From the NCBI GenBank assembly GCA_051294905.1, contig CM119381.1, positions 13,764,001-13,828,000 on the forward strand: a stretch of 64,000 nt of DNA, read 5' to 3'. The stretch is from Botryllus schlosseri. Its lineage: Eukaryota. This document shows positions 37,887 through 51,600 of this stretch, piece after piece. Below the pieces are notes generated by a model. The model was not told where the DNA came from, did no database searches, and saw only the letters and a list, made by a program, of their open reading frames with translations. The position numbers and the translations under genes are program-made. Within the stretch, counting starts at the first letter, position 1, and each line of letters opens with the position of its first letter.

Positions 37887-39423
37887 CAGTGGTTCCCAAC
37901 CTTTTTCATCTCGTGCCTCCCTTGGCCGAAATTTAAGCCAAAATTCCCCCCTCAGGAGAAATCTGCCCGATGATTAAAAAAGGTCATTTTTACCGCGCAA
38001 ACACCTGTTGACTGAGAGAATAAGACGCGCAGTACCGAGTGTTTGTTTCTAGCAGGGCTGTAACAACACTTAGTAGACCTCCAAAAACAATGGTCTTGGT
38101 CCCAATCAAACAAATTCTGGAAGGCTTGACTCAACAGACCCCCACACTTCCATTTGTGTTTTCGGCTTACCATATGCACCAATCGCTAATATAACTGCTG
38201 TAAAAAATCAGTATGCATAAATTTGCTGGTATGGCGATTTTTTTCTCAAGTTTGCGTATGCATTTGGTCATTGGTACTTTCATAGCAGGGTTGACCAGAC
38301 TCGAGTCTGACTCGAGTCTCCATTTTCTGATGACTCGACTTGACTCTAGAGTCTAGACAATCTGTGTATTGACTCGACCTGGACTCGAGTCATTGTGCAT
38401 GACTCGAACCAAGCCATATGACTCGAGACTATAAGACGGCAAGACCGACATTTCATTGTAATTTCGAAGAACAGTAAAGTGACCACCCTATTGGAATTTC
38501 GTCTATTGATCCTGGTACTTGAAAATGCGACAAGAAACTGGTCAAAGTGAGGAAAATTAATATAATATAAATCCAAATCATTCAATATCACCAAACAGAG
38601 TTATAAAAGTGGGTTTAACAAGACTTCAACTGGAAACTGAGCAGTCAACACATTGACTTGGACTCGGACTCGAGTCATAATACCATGACTCGGATTCGAC
38701 CCTCTGCTCGGTGAATTGGACTCGGACTTGAAACAATGGTGAATTGAAAATGAATCGACTTGACTCGAGTCAAAACTATGAAAGTGAGATTGACTTGTGA
38801 CTCGGAGCCTCGTGACTTGGTTACAGTCCTGAGATATAACATACACGTGATAAGATTTCCTGCTGGAGCTCATTAAAATTTAGGACACCCATTACGTTTC
38901 GGCAACATTGCACCAAGTTTAACATGTCTTTTTTCGTTCGGGTAGCTGTTCACTAAAAATAAAGCAAGTCTAGCGATCTTTTGACTTGAATCGATGACGT
39001 TGGAATATTTTGTCACTGTCTGAAAATGTTGACATGAAAATATAAGATAAATACTTTCACTAGATGCCTTGTTGTGAAAGATTCGCACGACATTTGCTCG
39101 CTCAGGATATATTTGATTGAGAGGCCGTCACTGGCATACAAAATTGTCTTGCGAACTGCAGCACATCTGAACTAGTTTTCTTTTTAAAGAGGGGAGAATT
39201 TGTATGTGAAAAAGAGATTTCAAATAGCATTTGAACACACTTTAAGCAACAACGAAAAAAAAACAGCCACAAGGAGCATACGTTCGGATATAACTGGTTG
39301 ACTACATAACAATTCGGACGTGAACAATTTGGGAAATCCGTTACAATTCTAAAGTGGAATTCCTCCCTAAAAATTGCAAATTTCCCCCCAAGGGGGGAAT
39401 TCCTCCCCTGTTGGGAACCACTG
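37887..39423. mobile_element. hAT (Buster-type) non-autonomous element 1.5 kb upstream of the IRF ATG, with nested insertions
   Basis: cagtggttcccaac / gttgggaaccactg; perfect TSD CGATAGCG (37879-37886, 39424-39431). Contains a GACTCGAGTC-rich element at ~38286-38830. Confidence 0.9.
38286..38830. mobile_element. Repeat family rich in GACTCGAGTC palindromes (also ~660-830 and ~29229-29630)
   Basis: Dense GACTCGAGTC/GACTTGAGTC motifs, starting cagggttgaccagactcgagtc; typical of MITE subterminal transposase-binding arrays. Confidence 0.7.
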
Positions 39424-39595
39424 CGATAGCGAGATTCAGTAACGTCAAATAGCGACCAATGGTATGATGGCAATTGTGCTTTTGTTTCAGACCTATGACA
39501 CCTAAGCGTGTAGTTGTTTCTTGTCATCAATTCATAATAGAGTGCCCCCTGCAATGCTCACATTGTCTCTAGTAAGTGGCCCATCCATGTCTATC

Positions 39596-39606
39596 GAAAG
39601 TGAAAG
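39596..39606 (+). promoter_or_regulatory. IRF-E/ISRE-like motif GAAAGTGAAAG about 3.2 kb upstream of the IRF ATG
   Basis: Matches the IRF1/2 site G(A)AAASYGAAAS, but a motif this short is expected by chance at this AT content (another GAAAGTGAAA lies at 31785). Confidence 0.2.
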
Positions 39607-42600
39607 GTCTTGTTGTCAGACTTATACAAACGAACAATCTAGCATTGAGGTCAACTGACCAGTGGTTGTTTGAGTAGTTTTAGTTTGAAAAGCGAGTAGT
39701 TCTAGTTCTAGCTGTGGATTTTGAAAAGTGAGTAGTGCTAGTCCTAGTTGCATATTTAAAACATAACTAGAAAACACATGTCGTCATGTGGCATGAATCG
39801 TGATACCGGTGTTCTGTTGCGTTGCTCAGTGTCGTCATTACTAACAGTGGCGTAGCCAGGCGGTGCGTGGGTTTTCGAACACCCGTCTATTTGAAATGCC
39901 GATTCTAACTCCAATGTTTCTTAGATCATTTGTAATTCGGTATTCGTATTATCACTTAATAATTAGGCGTATTTCAGTTAGTTAGTCGCGGGTTTTAAAG
40001 GTCGTTACTTCTAGTTCTAGTTTCGCATACTAAAAATCCAGTAGTTTGCACCTTCCTATCGCCCGCAACTGGCGCTGACATGGATTAGAGGCAGTTTTCC
40101 CCACCTTCCTTCAAACAAATTATCACATTGACACAAGCACCAAAATGTACGTTGGTCAAGTATAGCTATAGGCGCTGGTATCCTTCTAATGAATAAAGAG
40201 AAATTATTTCCAACCGCCTATCAAGTACAGGAGACTATTCCGCAGATTTCCAGCAGTGACTTCAATGCAAATGTGAAGTGGCAGAATGATGCTCAAAATG
40301 CGATATGAGCTTTAAATTCGTCCAATGGTGGGATGCTGTTTCGCGAGACAGTGATGTGTCTATGAACGAAAAACGAAATAACTATGATGGAAACAATAAA
40401 GCTGCGCGCATATATTATGCCAAGCGTCACAACAATTTCTGCGTTTGACTTTTTATGACAAGTTGAATATAAAATGAAGCCTTGAGGGAGTGAGTAGTAA
40501 GAATTTGAATCAGGGAACTCAATCGGCAACTATTGCAATTGACGGTCGCAACGTGAAAGTATTGATTATATTGTTACTTATTCTGTCGATATCAGTGTCT
40601 AAAACACTGGCACGGATCCTTGGGTGTCTGTAGAGCCCAAGTTGAGAACCAGTGGCCTACATTGTGCACTACGCACAGATTTACCGCCAAAAGCAAGTCT
40701 ATGCTCTCAGTGTATACATATTGAAGCTAATCTCGCAATATCATTTGCGTCCGTATAAAGATAAACGATATGCCGGTATCGCCGAAAGCGATCTAATCCG
40801 CGTACCGCAGATACGTTGGTGATGATAAGATGATGCGATTCGAAAGCACCGTTGGAGAAAGTGTGCGGTGATTCACGATACATGCTCCTATACGTTTGTG
40901 CGCAGACGCATATCGATGCAAAACTTATTCATTTGATGCGATACGTTGTTTCCTTCGTTTCACTGCGTTATTCGGAGATTCTAGAAGTCACTGATTTATG
41001 ACGGCAGTGCCGGCGTCGTGTGTCAGTTGAGTTAATGACTATGCCCAGAGCAAATACCGGCGAATGTCATAAAATGTGCGATTCCTTTACCTTTTAGTGC
41101 ACTCGTACTGAGACTCTCTGCGATTTGCATACGCAATAAACATTAATATTAACATTAAATGGTTTGGCGGTCCATTTCGCGTAACTAAATCTCCAAGCCC
41201 CGTAAAATAGCAAAATTCACGTAGGATTGTATTGCTGGCTATATTTTACCTACACTCGGTCCCAAATTCTGTGACATACAGAGATCGATTTATCCGTTAT
41301 CCGTATGCTTTGTCACATAATCGCTATCCGATATCAAATTAGAAGCTTTTTGATTCGTTCGCAAGCTGAACTATTTCAAACACATCCATCGTATACGCGA
41401 GATTCTTGTCGCTATCAACAATTTCCTTCCATATGTTTGCGAAATTGTCACCCGATGATCAATCGCATTTTGATGGTGCATTAAAGCACTAGGCCCTCTT
41501 CCAGATCGCGAGTGACTGGTACTTGTTCAACAAACAGATTCCCGCCCGTTAATCTGCATAGTTTCCCCGCCATGGCGACACCGATAACGTAAAGACAAAT
41601 TGGACCGACGTAGGCTACATATGGGTTGTTGAAAATGGACAAACTTTCAAACTATTTCAATTTTCATTCTATTTCTCGTTGGCAGTACCATATAAACGGA
41701 AATATTAATTTGACAAATTCCCGTTCATGCAGATGGTACCTGTGCGTTAGTGAATGCACCATTGACCAAGTCTGGCCGTTATATATAGTCAGATCTGTGA
41801 GTCTAATTACAGAGTATAAACTAAGAACTGTCACAATCGGTCATTGCATGCAGCACGGCAGTAACACGACAGTATGAAGGCTCTGTAGAGTACTACCGGG
41901 GCCTAAAATAACTTTTGTACTACACATGGTAAATTTGAAAAAATTGCCGATTTTTATGCAAATCTAACTCCCAGGTATCGAAACGAGCGCGTCATAATTG
42001 AAAAGGGAATGAATATGCAAACAGGCACTAACATTTCTGAGACGAAACGCAGAATTTGCACATGCGTTACACGCATTGCACTTCTGTGTCGAGCTGTATT
42101 GCATAATATTTAATCGAGATTATCACAGCATGCGCAATTCCAGTTCAAAGTACGAGCAGAGGTGAACGGGACGCTGGTATTGTCATTTGGTCCAGTCCAA
42201 TCCATCCAGTGCCTAAGCGTAAAAAGATGAATAATGTCGTATTGGACGCATATCGGCGATGCCGAAACAGTGAAATTATCGCGGCTATAGGCTGTAATTC
42301 AGAGATACAACGATTTTGTTTCCTTGAAGCAATTATAATCGCTTCCGAATAGAAAAATCATACTAGTTATCATAGTCATCATTTTTGTAACGCAACATTG
42401 AAGGAATTCTTCAAATGGGATACGGCTGCATATCTATACTGAAAACATAATAATCCAACGTTTGTTTCCTTGCAAATCGCTGGCTATTCCTTATCATATC
42501 TAGCAGGATGAACAACAATAATTGACGATATCCATCCTCGGATCTAAACGCAGCAATGCATGCCAGCGTGGCACGGAATAAGTCGCTGAGACACCGCCTT

Positions 42601-43738
42601 GGCCATAAAACAACACCAACAAAGTTGATAGTCGTGGGCCTGTTTGCAGAGCCGATAAATCCCGTAGTCGTTAGAATTCGCCACATTCTTGTCCAGACTT
42701 GTGTGAGAAGGCTCTCAAATGCATATTAGGTGATATGAATGTTTATGAAAAGTAATTACAAGCGGTGGTTACTGGGAATCACGAGTCCGAATAAATAAGT
42801 CGGATAACGGCTATGCACGGCGGCTGATAATAGCACATCGTCGAGCTATTTTCGAGAGAGTATATTCCTGCGCGTCTATTTTGAAACGTCGATAACCATC
42901 GCGTAAGTCTCGGAGAATTTCATTTGCGAGAGAAAACGTTTAGGCAAATTTCGATCGATTTCAAACATTTTTAGCGCCGTCACTTGATTTAGATTCTATT
43001 TCACGTACGATATATCTGCGCCGCCGTACGTCACACGTAATTTGACATTGACTCGACGGAACTTAATTTTGGATACTGTAAGCCATAATCTGTTAACTAT
43101 TCACTACATATTTTAATTAGTTAAAACATAATCGACCGTCTACGCATATATAACGTATCACGCCGTGTGCGTGATCGGAAAATATACGCGTGATCTTCGC
43201 GCATCAATTGATTACGCCACGTAATCTGACCGGGCTCTATAGCGCTGCTTCATCACATATGTCACCGGACGACATAGTGTGTGGAGAGATTGCTGCGTAC
43301 ACGATGGAAAGTTAAGTATATATATTCAAAAGATTGGTCCTCAACAAAGCTTACGTCGATTCCGGAATGATTCCTTCTAACCCACTTCTTCTGTACCGTA
43401 GATATGAATAAAGTATAACCTGTTCTGATACACGCGATGTGTATATACGGAAGCCATCCGATATTACAGTAAACAACCTCTGTATTTGGTCATTTCAGAA
43501 CGGTTTATCGGCAGCTCACAAGCCATTGGATGGACTAGCGAGCACTTTATGGTTATTATGTGTCTGCTAACATCGATGGCTTTAGGAATGTTTGCTTGTA
43601 AGCCTGTTCATCGAGGTAATAGTCTGCGGTTACACAATGGCGAAGTTGAGGATTTACGACTAAGGAACCAAGGACCGTAAAAGGTGGTGATTTTCCAAAT
43701 AATTATCCAGATGGTATACTCGAAAGCGTACCCATGGT

Positions 43739-44255
43739 TAGGGCTGGGCACAATGATTCGAGTACTCGAATCTGAATCGAGTATTAATTTTAATGATTCG
43801 AGTCGAGTGCTAAAACACGATTTTTTCGAGTACTGAAATTATACGCTCCTCGCCACTGAAAGGTAATTTGTCAAAGAGAATTGTATTTTCAATACTAATT
43901 TTCGCTATTGATGCCTTGAAACCTTGATTGGCCGCATCGTAGCATACGAAACATATAGTACAAAGCTACGAACGCTACTGGAAATAGCACATTTCCGAAG
44001 TCATGATCTTCCCACAGCATTGTCACCAATTGCAATGAAATCGTTGTCGTCGAAAAAATACCAAGGTATGTTTAATGTAATGGATAACAGGCATTAGATT
44101 TTTTGTGGTCGCATAAAAGATATGTATTTGAACTTTGACACATTACATTCTGTTATGGCGTCATAATGAGTGATACTCGATTACTCGACTCGACTCGAAG
44201 CATTTTACGTGATTCAGAATCGAATCACTCAGGTACTCGATTTTGCCCAGCCCTA
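43739..44255. mobile_element. hAT-like MITE with TAGGGCTGGGCA TIRs and ACTCGA repeats
   Basis: Perfect 12-bp TIRs and perfect TSD CCCATGGT (43731-43738, 44256-44263). Confidence 0.92.
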
Positions 44256-44844
44256 CCCATGGTGTAAAACGATTGCCTTGCAATGCCAGATGCATTGCGC
44301 AGTTATGTTACCACCTGATACAGCTGACTGCGATCAAAAGGAAATGCCAAGTACCATATTGGCGGGTGCTACATAAAATTTAGTCCACCAAATGTAAAAT
44401 CACGTGCCATGTACAATTGTACAATGTACAGTACATACTCGGCTCGGCTGTTTTAGTATTCGTTGTGTTTTTCCATCTATGGTCAAATTACACCGGGTAT
44501 CTTTTCTTCATTCTAATTCCTGAGCCACCGCGTTAAGCGCGGCCCGCTATCATTCTAGGGTTTTGTATAACATCCCGTATAGCTGGGGCGGGCAACATAC
44601 GGTCCGCGAAGGGATTTTGTTCTGCCCGCGGACAGTTTCACGTCTTACATGATAGTGTGGCCCACGGCTCCAGTCTTCCGAGATTCCCCACTACTTGCTT
44701 TCATGCGTCAGATTTTAGTGACTGTATTTCATTATACACATGTATGCGCAGCGAGCGAGGGTGGAGCTTACGCGTAAGTTCGTCGAAGCGAGAAGACTTA
44801 TTGCATTATTGGCATTTACGAAGTACTCAACCCTAATGTCATTT

Positions 44845-45597
44845 GTGGTAATCATGGTGTTTGTCGACTACAATGGTCATTTACACCGGGCCGATATTTC
44901 TTATCCTTGATTCCGTAACCGTCGACTTGTAGCACGGCACACTTCTAGGGTTCTGTAAGACACCGCTTATGCCAGGAGTCGCCAACTCAAAACGGGTCGG
45001 GGGCCACTTTCAAATTTCGTAGAGGCCGCGGGCCGCAGGAATGCAATATCGAGATAAAATAGGCCACATAGTTGAACAACCACGCTATCTCGTCACCTAC
45101 TAAACCCTAATGAATTGATATCTTGGTAAATTTGGGGTACCGGCTTATCGAACGCCTTGAAATCTTAATTGAGAATTGCACCGTGTGTTGATTGATCAGA
45201 GAGAATCAGACATGGCGGTGCCTGTATGACAATGCTGTTCTCAAATCCTCATTGTCTTCGTCATTATTGGCAAGAAATAGCTTTGAAGTAACATTGCTGT
45301 CGTTAAAATACATTCATTAAATACGATTTATTCCTTGGAGATGTGCATAAACGGGCGAATAATGTATCGATTCAGCAATCCGGCCCGCCAAGCTCCTAAT
45401 TTTCTTATATCCGGCACGCCGACTGGAGAAGCTGCCGGGCCCCTGCCTTATAGGGATCGATTGGCGATAAGAAGCCTAGATAACCCTACAAAACGTAGAA
45501 AGTGACTGTATCGTCAACCTCGGTCGGAGTCGAACAAGTAACCCAGTGGTGTTGCAGCGTTGGAATGTACCACCACGCTAATCTTGATCTTTGTGCA
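44845..45597 (-). mobile_element. tRNA-derived SINE split by a hAT MITE
   Basis: Tail/body at 44845-44972 and head at 45446-45597 align with the 3393-3670 copy. Confidence 0.85.
44973..45445. mobile_element. hAT (Buster-type) MITE inserted into a SINE copy
   Basis: Ends caggagtcgccaac / gctgccgggcccctg; degenerate TSD gcttatgc / ccttatag; the SINE halves on either side rejoin collinearly. Confidence 0.8.
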
Positions 45598-48078
45598 CGG
45601 TTTCACTGTTACACTGCGCTAAATACACATAACGCTCCTTCTGTAAATTATAGTCCGATTGCAAGTGTACACTGTACAGATATGTTTGTCCTGGCTACAT
45701 AATAATCCAGGAGTCATTGCTGGAAGAATTATCAATCTGAACACGTGCGTTACTCTTGCGGGGCTCTCCAGCTCCACTGATTCAGGGATGTAACGATATG
45801 CCCCATATATATATATGTCTGTACTTATGTCCAATATCAAAAATTAAGACTCCCCAGCAAATAATGCGATCTGACTCCATATGCAGTTATACACAAACGA
45901 TAATATATAATCGGCGAAGAAAGCGATATAGTATATAAACTATATATTTGCAATGCCAGCAACGCCGTTGCGGTACCATGGCTTTTCTGGAATATCGCCT
46001 GAGAAGCATTAGTATCGTGAATGTATAACAAATCGCTTTTGTCTTTCGGTTTTTCGTAGTGACACCGTCGCTATTTTTTCAAATTCTTCAGCACTACCCA
46101 GTCTGTATACTACTCAATGTTTATATACTCTCGATGTGATATGTCGTTTTGTTTATAAATGGCTATGACCTTACCGACTTGAGGGGTGATTAGCAAATTG
46201 ACGATTGCAAATCAGGACACCGACTACTGTCCGTACAGCAGGAGGTCATGTACTCCTAACTTCAATATACAAAGCGCGATAACGAAGCGCGTAATCTTTA
46301 TCATATACCCTCTGTTTGTACCCGATAGGAAGGTATATCATGAAATAGGTTTGAGTATACCTACGTTGTTTATTGTCAATAAAAATATAGAACTATGCCT
46401 CATTCCGCTCAAGTGCCTTCGGTATGCTCGCCATGCGAATTTGCACATTTGGGAAGATCTGTGAGGATAAGCTCCGCCTATTTTTCGATCGTGCACGTCT
46501 TCAATACATTATAATATGCATTGAACCATCGTAAATACCTTACCGTCTGCTGGGCTCACCGCCCAAGCATTCCAATCAATCATTTTGGTTGGTTGGTTGG
46601 TTGGTAGAGATAATCGCATGACGCTCATAAATACACTCGGAAGTTATGCATACTTGCATAGGCTTCTACCGCTGCATTTGCAATTTCTCAAAATTACAGT
46701 AATATAGACAATGCGGCAGGTGGGTATGATTTTGCAACAATAGAGTGACATCATGGATGGATGTGCATTGTGCAACTTAGTTTCCGATAATTTGATGACA
46801 TGCAATTATTTCATAATATTGGTCGTATTGATTTTGTAGATATTTTCGGTATCGCTTGAAGTATTTTAATTATTTGTATGTCAAAACTACACTCCTTGCT
46901 AGTCCCAACCCGGTCGGTCATTGAATAACCACCTCAACCGGATGTTGGAAAATACCCGTATTTAGTTGCATCCGTTATTTTACCTCTTTAGTCCCTATTT
47001 TTCTTACCATAGCTCTGTATTCTTCAGCTTATTCAGTTTCAAGCTCATAAACTGTAGCTCTCATATCTGTACTGTGCAACAGCAGAGATCAAATATCGAT
47101 TTGGCTATATTTGCATGATTTTCGATTTTAAACGAATTTGACCCTCAGCCTTTACATATCTCTCGTTCGCCTTTTGCATCGGAATTTAAACCCCACTATC
47201 GAAACTAAAGTTACTGCTCAAATGAAGCCAAGCATTACACACGCCTTCCGGATCCTAAAAATACCGGAAAAACTGTTTTTCGAAACTTCGTTCAAGCACG
47301 CCAGTTGCGTTTAGCAGAATGTTTGACCACGTCTATAAGCCACGGCTATATATAGTGCTTTAAAAGCCACTGCAATTTCAAGGTATGCATGTATTCAATC
47401 ACTTTGCTACCACCGGGAGGGTCTTCCGTGTTTCATGTTAATGTGTGTGATCTGCAATGTGACTATAGCTATTTATCAGTTGCATTTCTTCATCATATTT
47501 CGTATAGGGGCATATATAATGAATATAGATTGCCTTGGTGCAATCACCAAATGATCGGCAAAATACCGATAAAACAACCACACTCATTGGGGATTCAGCT
47601 ATCGCATATATGCGTGGCATTAAGTTATTGCCTGCAAAAAAGTCAGGTGGAAACAAGTTTATATTGTAAATATATGGTTGAAGAATGTGTATATTTGCCG
47701 TAACGTAAGGTGCAAATCAGACTCTAGGCACTCTCCGACACCAAATTTTGCTTTCACACCCATTCCGATGGGTGTGAACGAGTGAAATGCACCAATCTTT
47801 ATGGAGATATATCCCAAGGGAAGACGGTTCGTGTGCCACCTTTCGATTCCAAGGAGCGATGCACGAAACATATTCCATTTCATCCCGGGGTATTCATTGT
47901 TGGCATTCATTCATTGACATTGCAATGGATGTGAAAGCAAGTTTGTAACAGATAGTGACGTTTACCTGATTCTGACTTACCTTTAAAGCGAATCGGCGAA
48001 ATACAAGATTTTTTCGTTTACAATGGTGGACTGCATCAGCTGGCGTATAATTGCCCACATTTACCATCGCATACTTAC

Positions 48079-48615
48079 TAGAGGCTGAGCGATATTGATT
48101 TTTGCAGGCCGATGCCGATACCGATATCGATTATCGACACACTCACAAGGCCGATAACCGATATCATAGGCCGATATTAATATGGAAGGAGCTGAGAACC
48201 ATTGCGCCAAAAATATTATATTAGGCAAGACGGTACTTGTACATGCCACAGAAAGTTGAACAACAAACGAGAAAACTGTAATTTAAAAAAATTATTGCTT
48301 AATTGTGCAGATATGCATATTCATTGAAATTTGGGATAACCCATAAAGATGAACGCGATACGGAATGGCAGATCAGTCCAGTAGAGGTGGATTATAATGC
48401 AGCAAGCATAGTTTCAATGTATGCTCAGTTGCTCACTGCTCACGCAGTTAAACTTGTCCTGCAAGCGTAAATCTGTTACGAATCTCCCTTTATGCGTCGT
48501 CGATTTCTGAAGATTGAGAACACGTAGCATTGAATTTCCAATATTTTTTAATGTTTTTATATATAAAATAACGGGAAAGTTTTAAATATCGGCCTCGATA
48601 ATCGGCCGACCTCTA
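48079..48615. mobile_element. hAT-like MITE with CCGAT/ATCGG subterminal repeats
   Basis: Ends tagaggctgagcgat / atcggccgacctcta; perfect TSD ATACTTAC (48071-48078, 48616-48623). Confidence 0.88.
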
Positions 48616-48742
48616 ATACTTACGAGTACTGTTTGATCTTATGCTCATCAACTAATAATACATGATACCGACTTATCGCGAGTATCATCAAGATCGCATT
48701 ACCGCGTTTCATTCAATACTTAGCTGAATTTATGCTTTAGAG

Positions 48743-49278
48743 CAGTGTTTCTCCGTCGGTGTTCCCGAGAACCTCAGCGGTTCCCTGGAGATCAAGATAT
48801 ACACACTCAATTCGCACATATGAAATGTGATGACACGTCCGCCTTGGCCATCATGGTTTCAGGCAATTATAGGTCCAATCGGTACTCAAATTGTGACTGT
48901 TATGGTGATGTGTTGTGTGCAGTGGCGTACACGTGCAGTGGGAGGCATGGGTTCGAAATCGAAACCCCCTACTTCTAGAATGCCAATCCATCACCAATAT
49001 TAATAAGAATTAATTAGAATGTTTTCATTTTGTGTTGAAATTATGATTTAATGGTGATCTGTATGCATTATATGTGGTTAATTTTTGTTTTATGCCTCAG
49101 CGTATATTTAGTAATGTATTCGATGGGTCGTTAGATGCATAGCATGGGTGTTGTGGTAGATTAAAGCTTGTATAACTCGGCAAAAATTTGAAAAAAAAAA
49201 ACTCGCAAATTTGAGTTTCCCGAATGCCTGCAGGTTAGCTTGAGTGCTTCCCTGGTTAGTAAATGTTCAGAACCACTG
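48743..49278. mobile_element. hAT (Buster-type) MITE with a nested CAGTGGCGTA-type fragment (~48920-49160)
   Basis: cagtgtttctc / cagaaccactg; perfect TSD CTTTAGAG (48735-48742, 49279-49286). A related end lies in reverse at ~61560-61635; the nested fragment aligns with ~18665-18730. Confidence 0.85.
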
Positions 49279-49552
49279 CTTTAGAGACTTCTCGAGACTA
49301 CAAAAATACAAACATCCGATCCGATAGTCTCGATGCCGTTACAGCTTTTATCTTTCGTACCATGTAACTTGAGTTTACAACAATTGTTCAACAATTTGAT
49401 ATTACTCCTTGCATTTATTCCATGAAAAAAAAACAATGATAACGTCATAACTGGACGGTTCACACATACTTCACCCCACAAGGCAACCATCTACAGACTG
49501 TACAGTGTACTGTACAGTTGGGCTGTTCAAAATTAACTTTTTATAATTAATA

Positions 49553-50113
49553 CTGGCTACTTGATAAAATTTTTACACACTAATTTTGGCTCAATTCCAA
49601 CCGAAGCGAAATTATAATAGTCGAAAATATTGGATTTATTCAGTAAAAATAAACATAAATTTTTTTTATTTTGCTCGCTATACCCCCATTAAATTGTTGG
49701 GTTGTCTGAAAAACCGATGCACAAAAAGTTTGGCTCAATTCCAACCGGTGTACGCGATGTTATTGATGTTCAAAATTTAGGATTTCAAATGAAAGTAGTT
49801 ACAGTGTGTAGATCTATGATAAATGATGAAACAATTTGTCAACGTACATACTATCTTTTTCTAAATCCAAAACTTTTGTATTCCAAAACTTCGCTTAGTT
49901 GCAATTGGACCAAATTTTGTTGCGCATTGTTTATTCAGGCAACAAAACAATTTCACGGGGTGGCCGGGTCAAATTTGAAAATTTTTTATATTTTTTTTAG
50001 GTAATTCCAAAATTCTGTACTATAATAACTTCGCTTCCACTGGTTGGAATTGAGTCAGAATTGGTGTGCAGCGTTTTTTTTTGGGGTAACCTAACAATTT
50101 TATCAAGTGGCCA
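49553..50113. repeat. Foldback element with long imperfect inverted repeats
   Basis: ggctacttgataaaatt / aattttatcaagtggcc and gctcaattccaaccg / tggttggaattgagtc arms; extra direct copy of tttggctcaattccaaccg near 49729. Confidence 0.65.
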
Positions 50114-50299
50114 ATAAAATTTGAAAAAAAAGTTACCAAATTTACTTGGGTTGTCATCCAAAGTTCTATCAGTTACCGATACAGTAAGATCAAGGAAGAA
50201 ACGCCATAAGGTAGAACCGGCAGAGTTTTGTCAAGTATCAGTTATCTTTATCAAATGAGATCTCATAAATATCATATACATCCATGCGTTTCAACTGGC

Positions 50300-51600
50300 A
50301 TAGCATCGGTTGACCCTATCATGTATGATATGCCAGTCAACTATACCATACTTAAACGGTCAATACCAATTCCCAGGGCTATTGAGGTCAAGTATTTACT
50401 CGAAGAATCTGAAAATGATAACTTTTGTCTGACTGGGTTCAACAGCGCAGCTTTACTAATTTAGCGCATAACTTCTCTGAGTAGTTCTCTATTCTACAAT
50501 TTTTTTATAGCAAAGGACACTGTCATAGTGTCAGATTCACGAAAACTTATTCGTCTTGCTGGACCTAATCAGGTTCCTTCGTCGATAAACGGATCCGCCG
50601 TTGTTATTTTGAACAAATCGAAGTAGATTTTCAAGATGAATTGTATTCTTGAAGGACAAACGAAATTTCAAACAATTGGCCTATAGCACTCCTATCTTTG
50701 AGAGAAGCTGGAAAGATGTAATCAGCATAATATAACAATATCAGTATTATACTGCTTCTCCCGGCCTCGAATACATGCTCTTCCAAAGATCGTTAAACCG
50801 GACTATAGCCACTACGAACAATATACTATAGATATTCGATGGTTTGATCGGGGTGCCATAAACTCGCAAAGTTGATTGCAGGAGTTCTGTTCTGAACAAA
50901 TTAATTGACCTTCTCCCGTCTGTGGAATTTTCTATTGTACATGAAAATGACAATTCCTTCAGGATTTTGGATGTCTTCATTGAGAAGGTGATTAACAATT
51001 CTGTTACACCTTTCTGACTATAGAAATATTCAGTCGTCAGTACTTTTCGTGAGATTCATTTTGCCCCTGCAAACGTGTGAGCAATATGATGATAGCCCAT
51101 GTTCACCGAACACTCGCGATTTGCCGTGGGGTGGGCTGGATTCTGAAATAAAAAATACCAATTCAATTTTTTGCCAATGATTATCCACATCACGTTGTCA
51201 TAATAACAATCGATCGTAATCCCGACGAAGAAAAAACTTCGGACCAAGAAAATATCAAGTTCATCTGCATCTTCCATGGATAGACACAGTTTGTAATAGG
51301 CTCGAAAAGAAAATCTAATCCTCCGTGTGAGAAATTGTTTTCCACAAGTGGATTCCCGGACCAATATTGCGCAAAGTAAAGCTGATAATGTATTCCGGCG
51401 TATCGTAATGCCAAGTATTATGTGAGATTGATAATAATAGTTTTTTTTCAACTAATATTGTCATGTGAAGTGACTTTAGACAGTCGCATGGCGGTATATA
51501 GAGAGCTGAGAAACGACGTGCGTTTGTTTATCGATGCAAATTTATGTCGGCGTGGTATTATTAGTGGTTTAAACCATTCCACTGCGTGGGACGCATGTAT
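50300..51600 (+). mobile_element. Penelope-like element (PLE) RT/GIY-YIG remnant with internal deletion
   Basis: NGSAVVILNKS*IFKMNCILEGQTKF (~50588-50670, cf. DKGNAVVILDK..Y..KM..IL), PRIHALPKIVKPDY (50765-50806, cf. PRLYGLPKIHK), FSIVHENDNSFRILDV (~50926-50975, cf. FT.E.E....LPFLDV), ANDYP (~51173, cf. NGYP). The central RT motifs between ~50810 and 50910 are missing. Confidence 0.75.

Noticed and set aside
40100-40530. Hydrophobic minus-strand ORF with GN and D.RY-like bits (second GPCR fossil?)
   Set aside because: Motif spacing is incompatible with TM1-TM3 and there are no TM6/TM7 motifs.
47659-47910. ORF with YPGMKW resembling IRF YPGL.W (second IRF copy?)
   Set aside because: No IPWKH, no Trp cluster, no FRCA helix nearby; a stop directly precedes it. 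Treated as coincidence.
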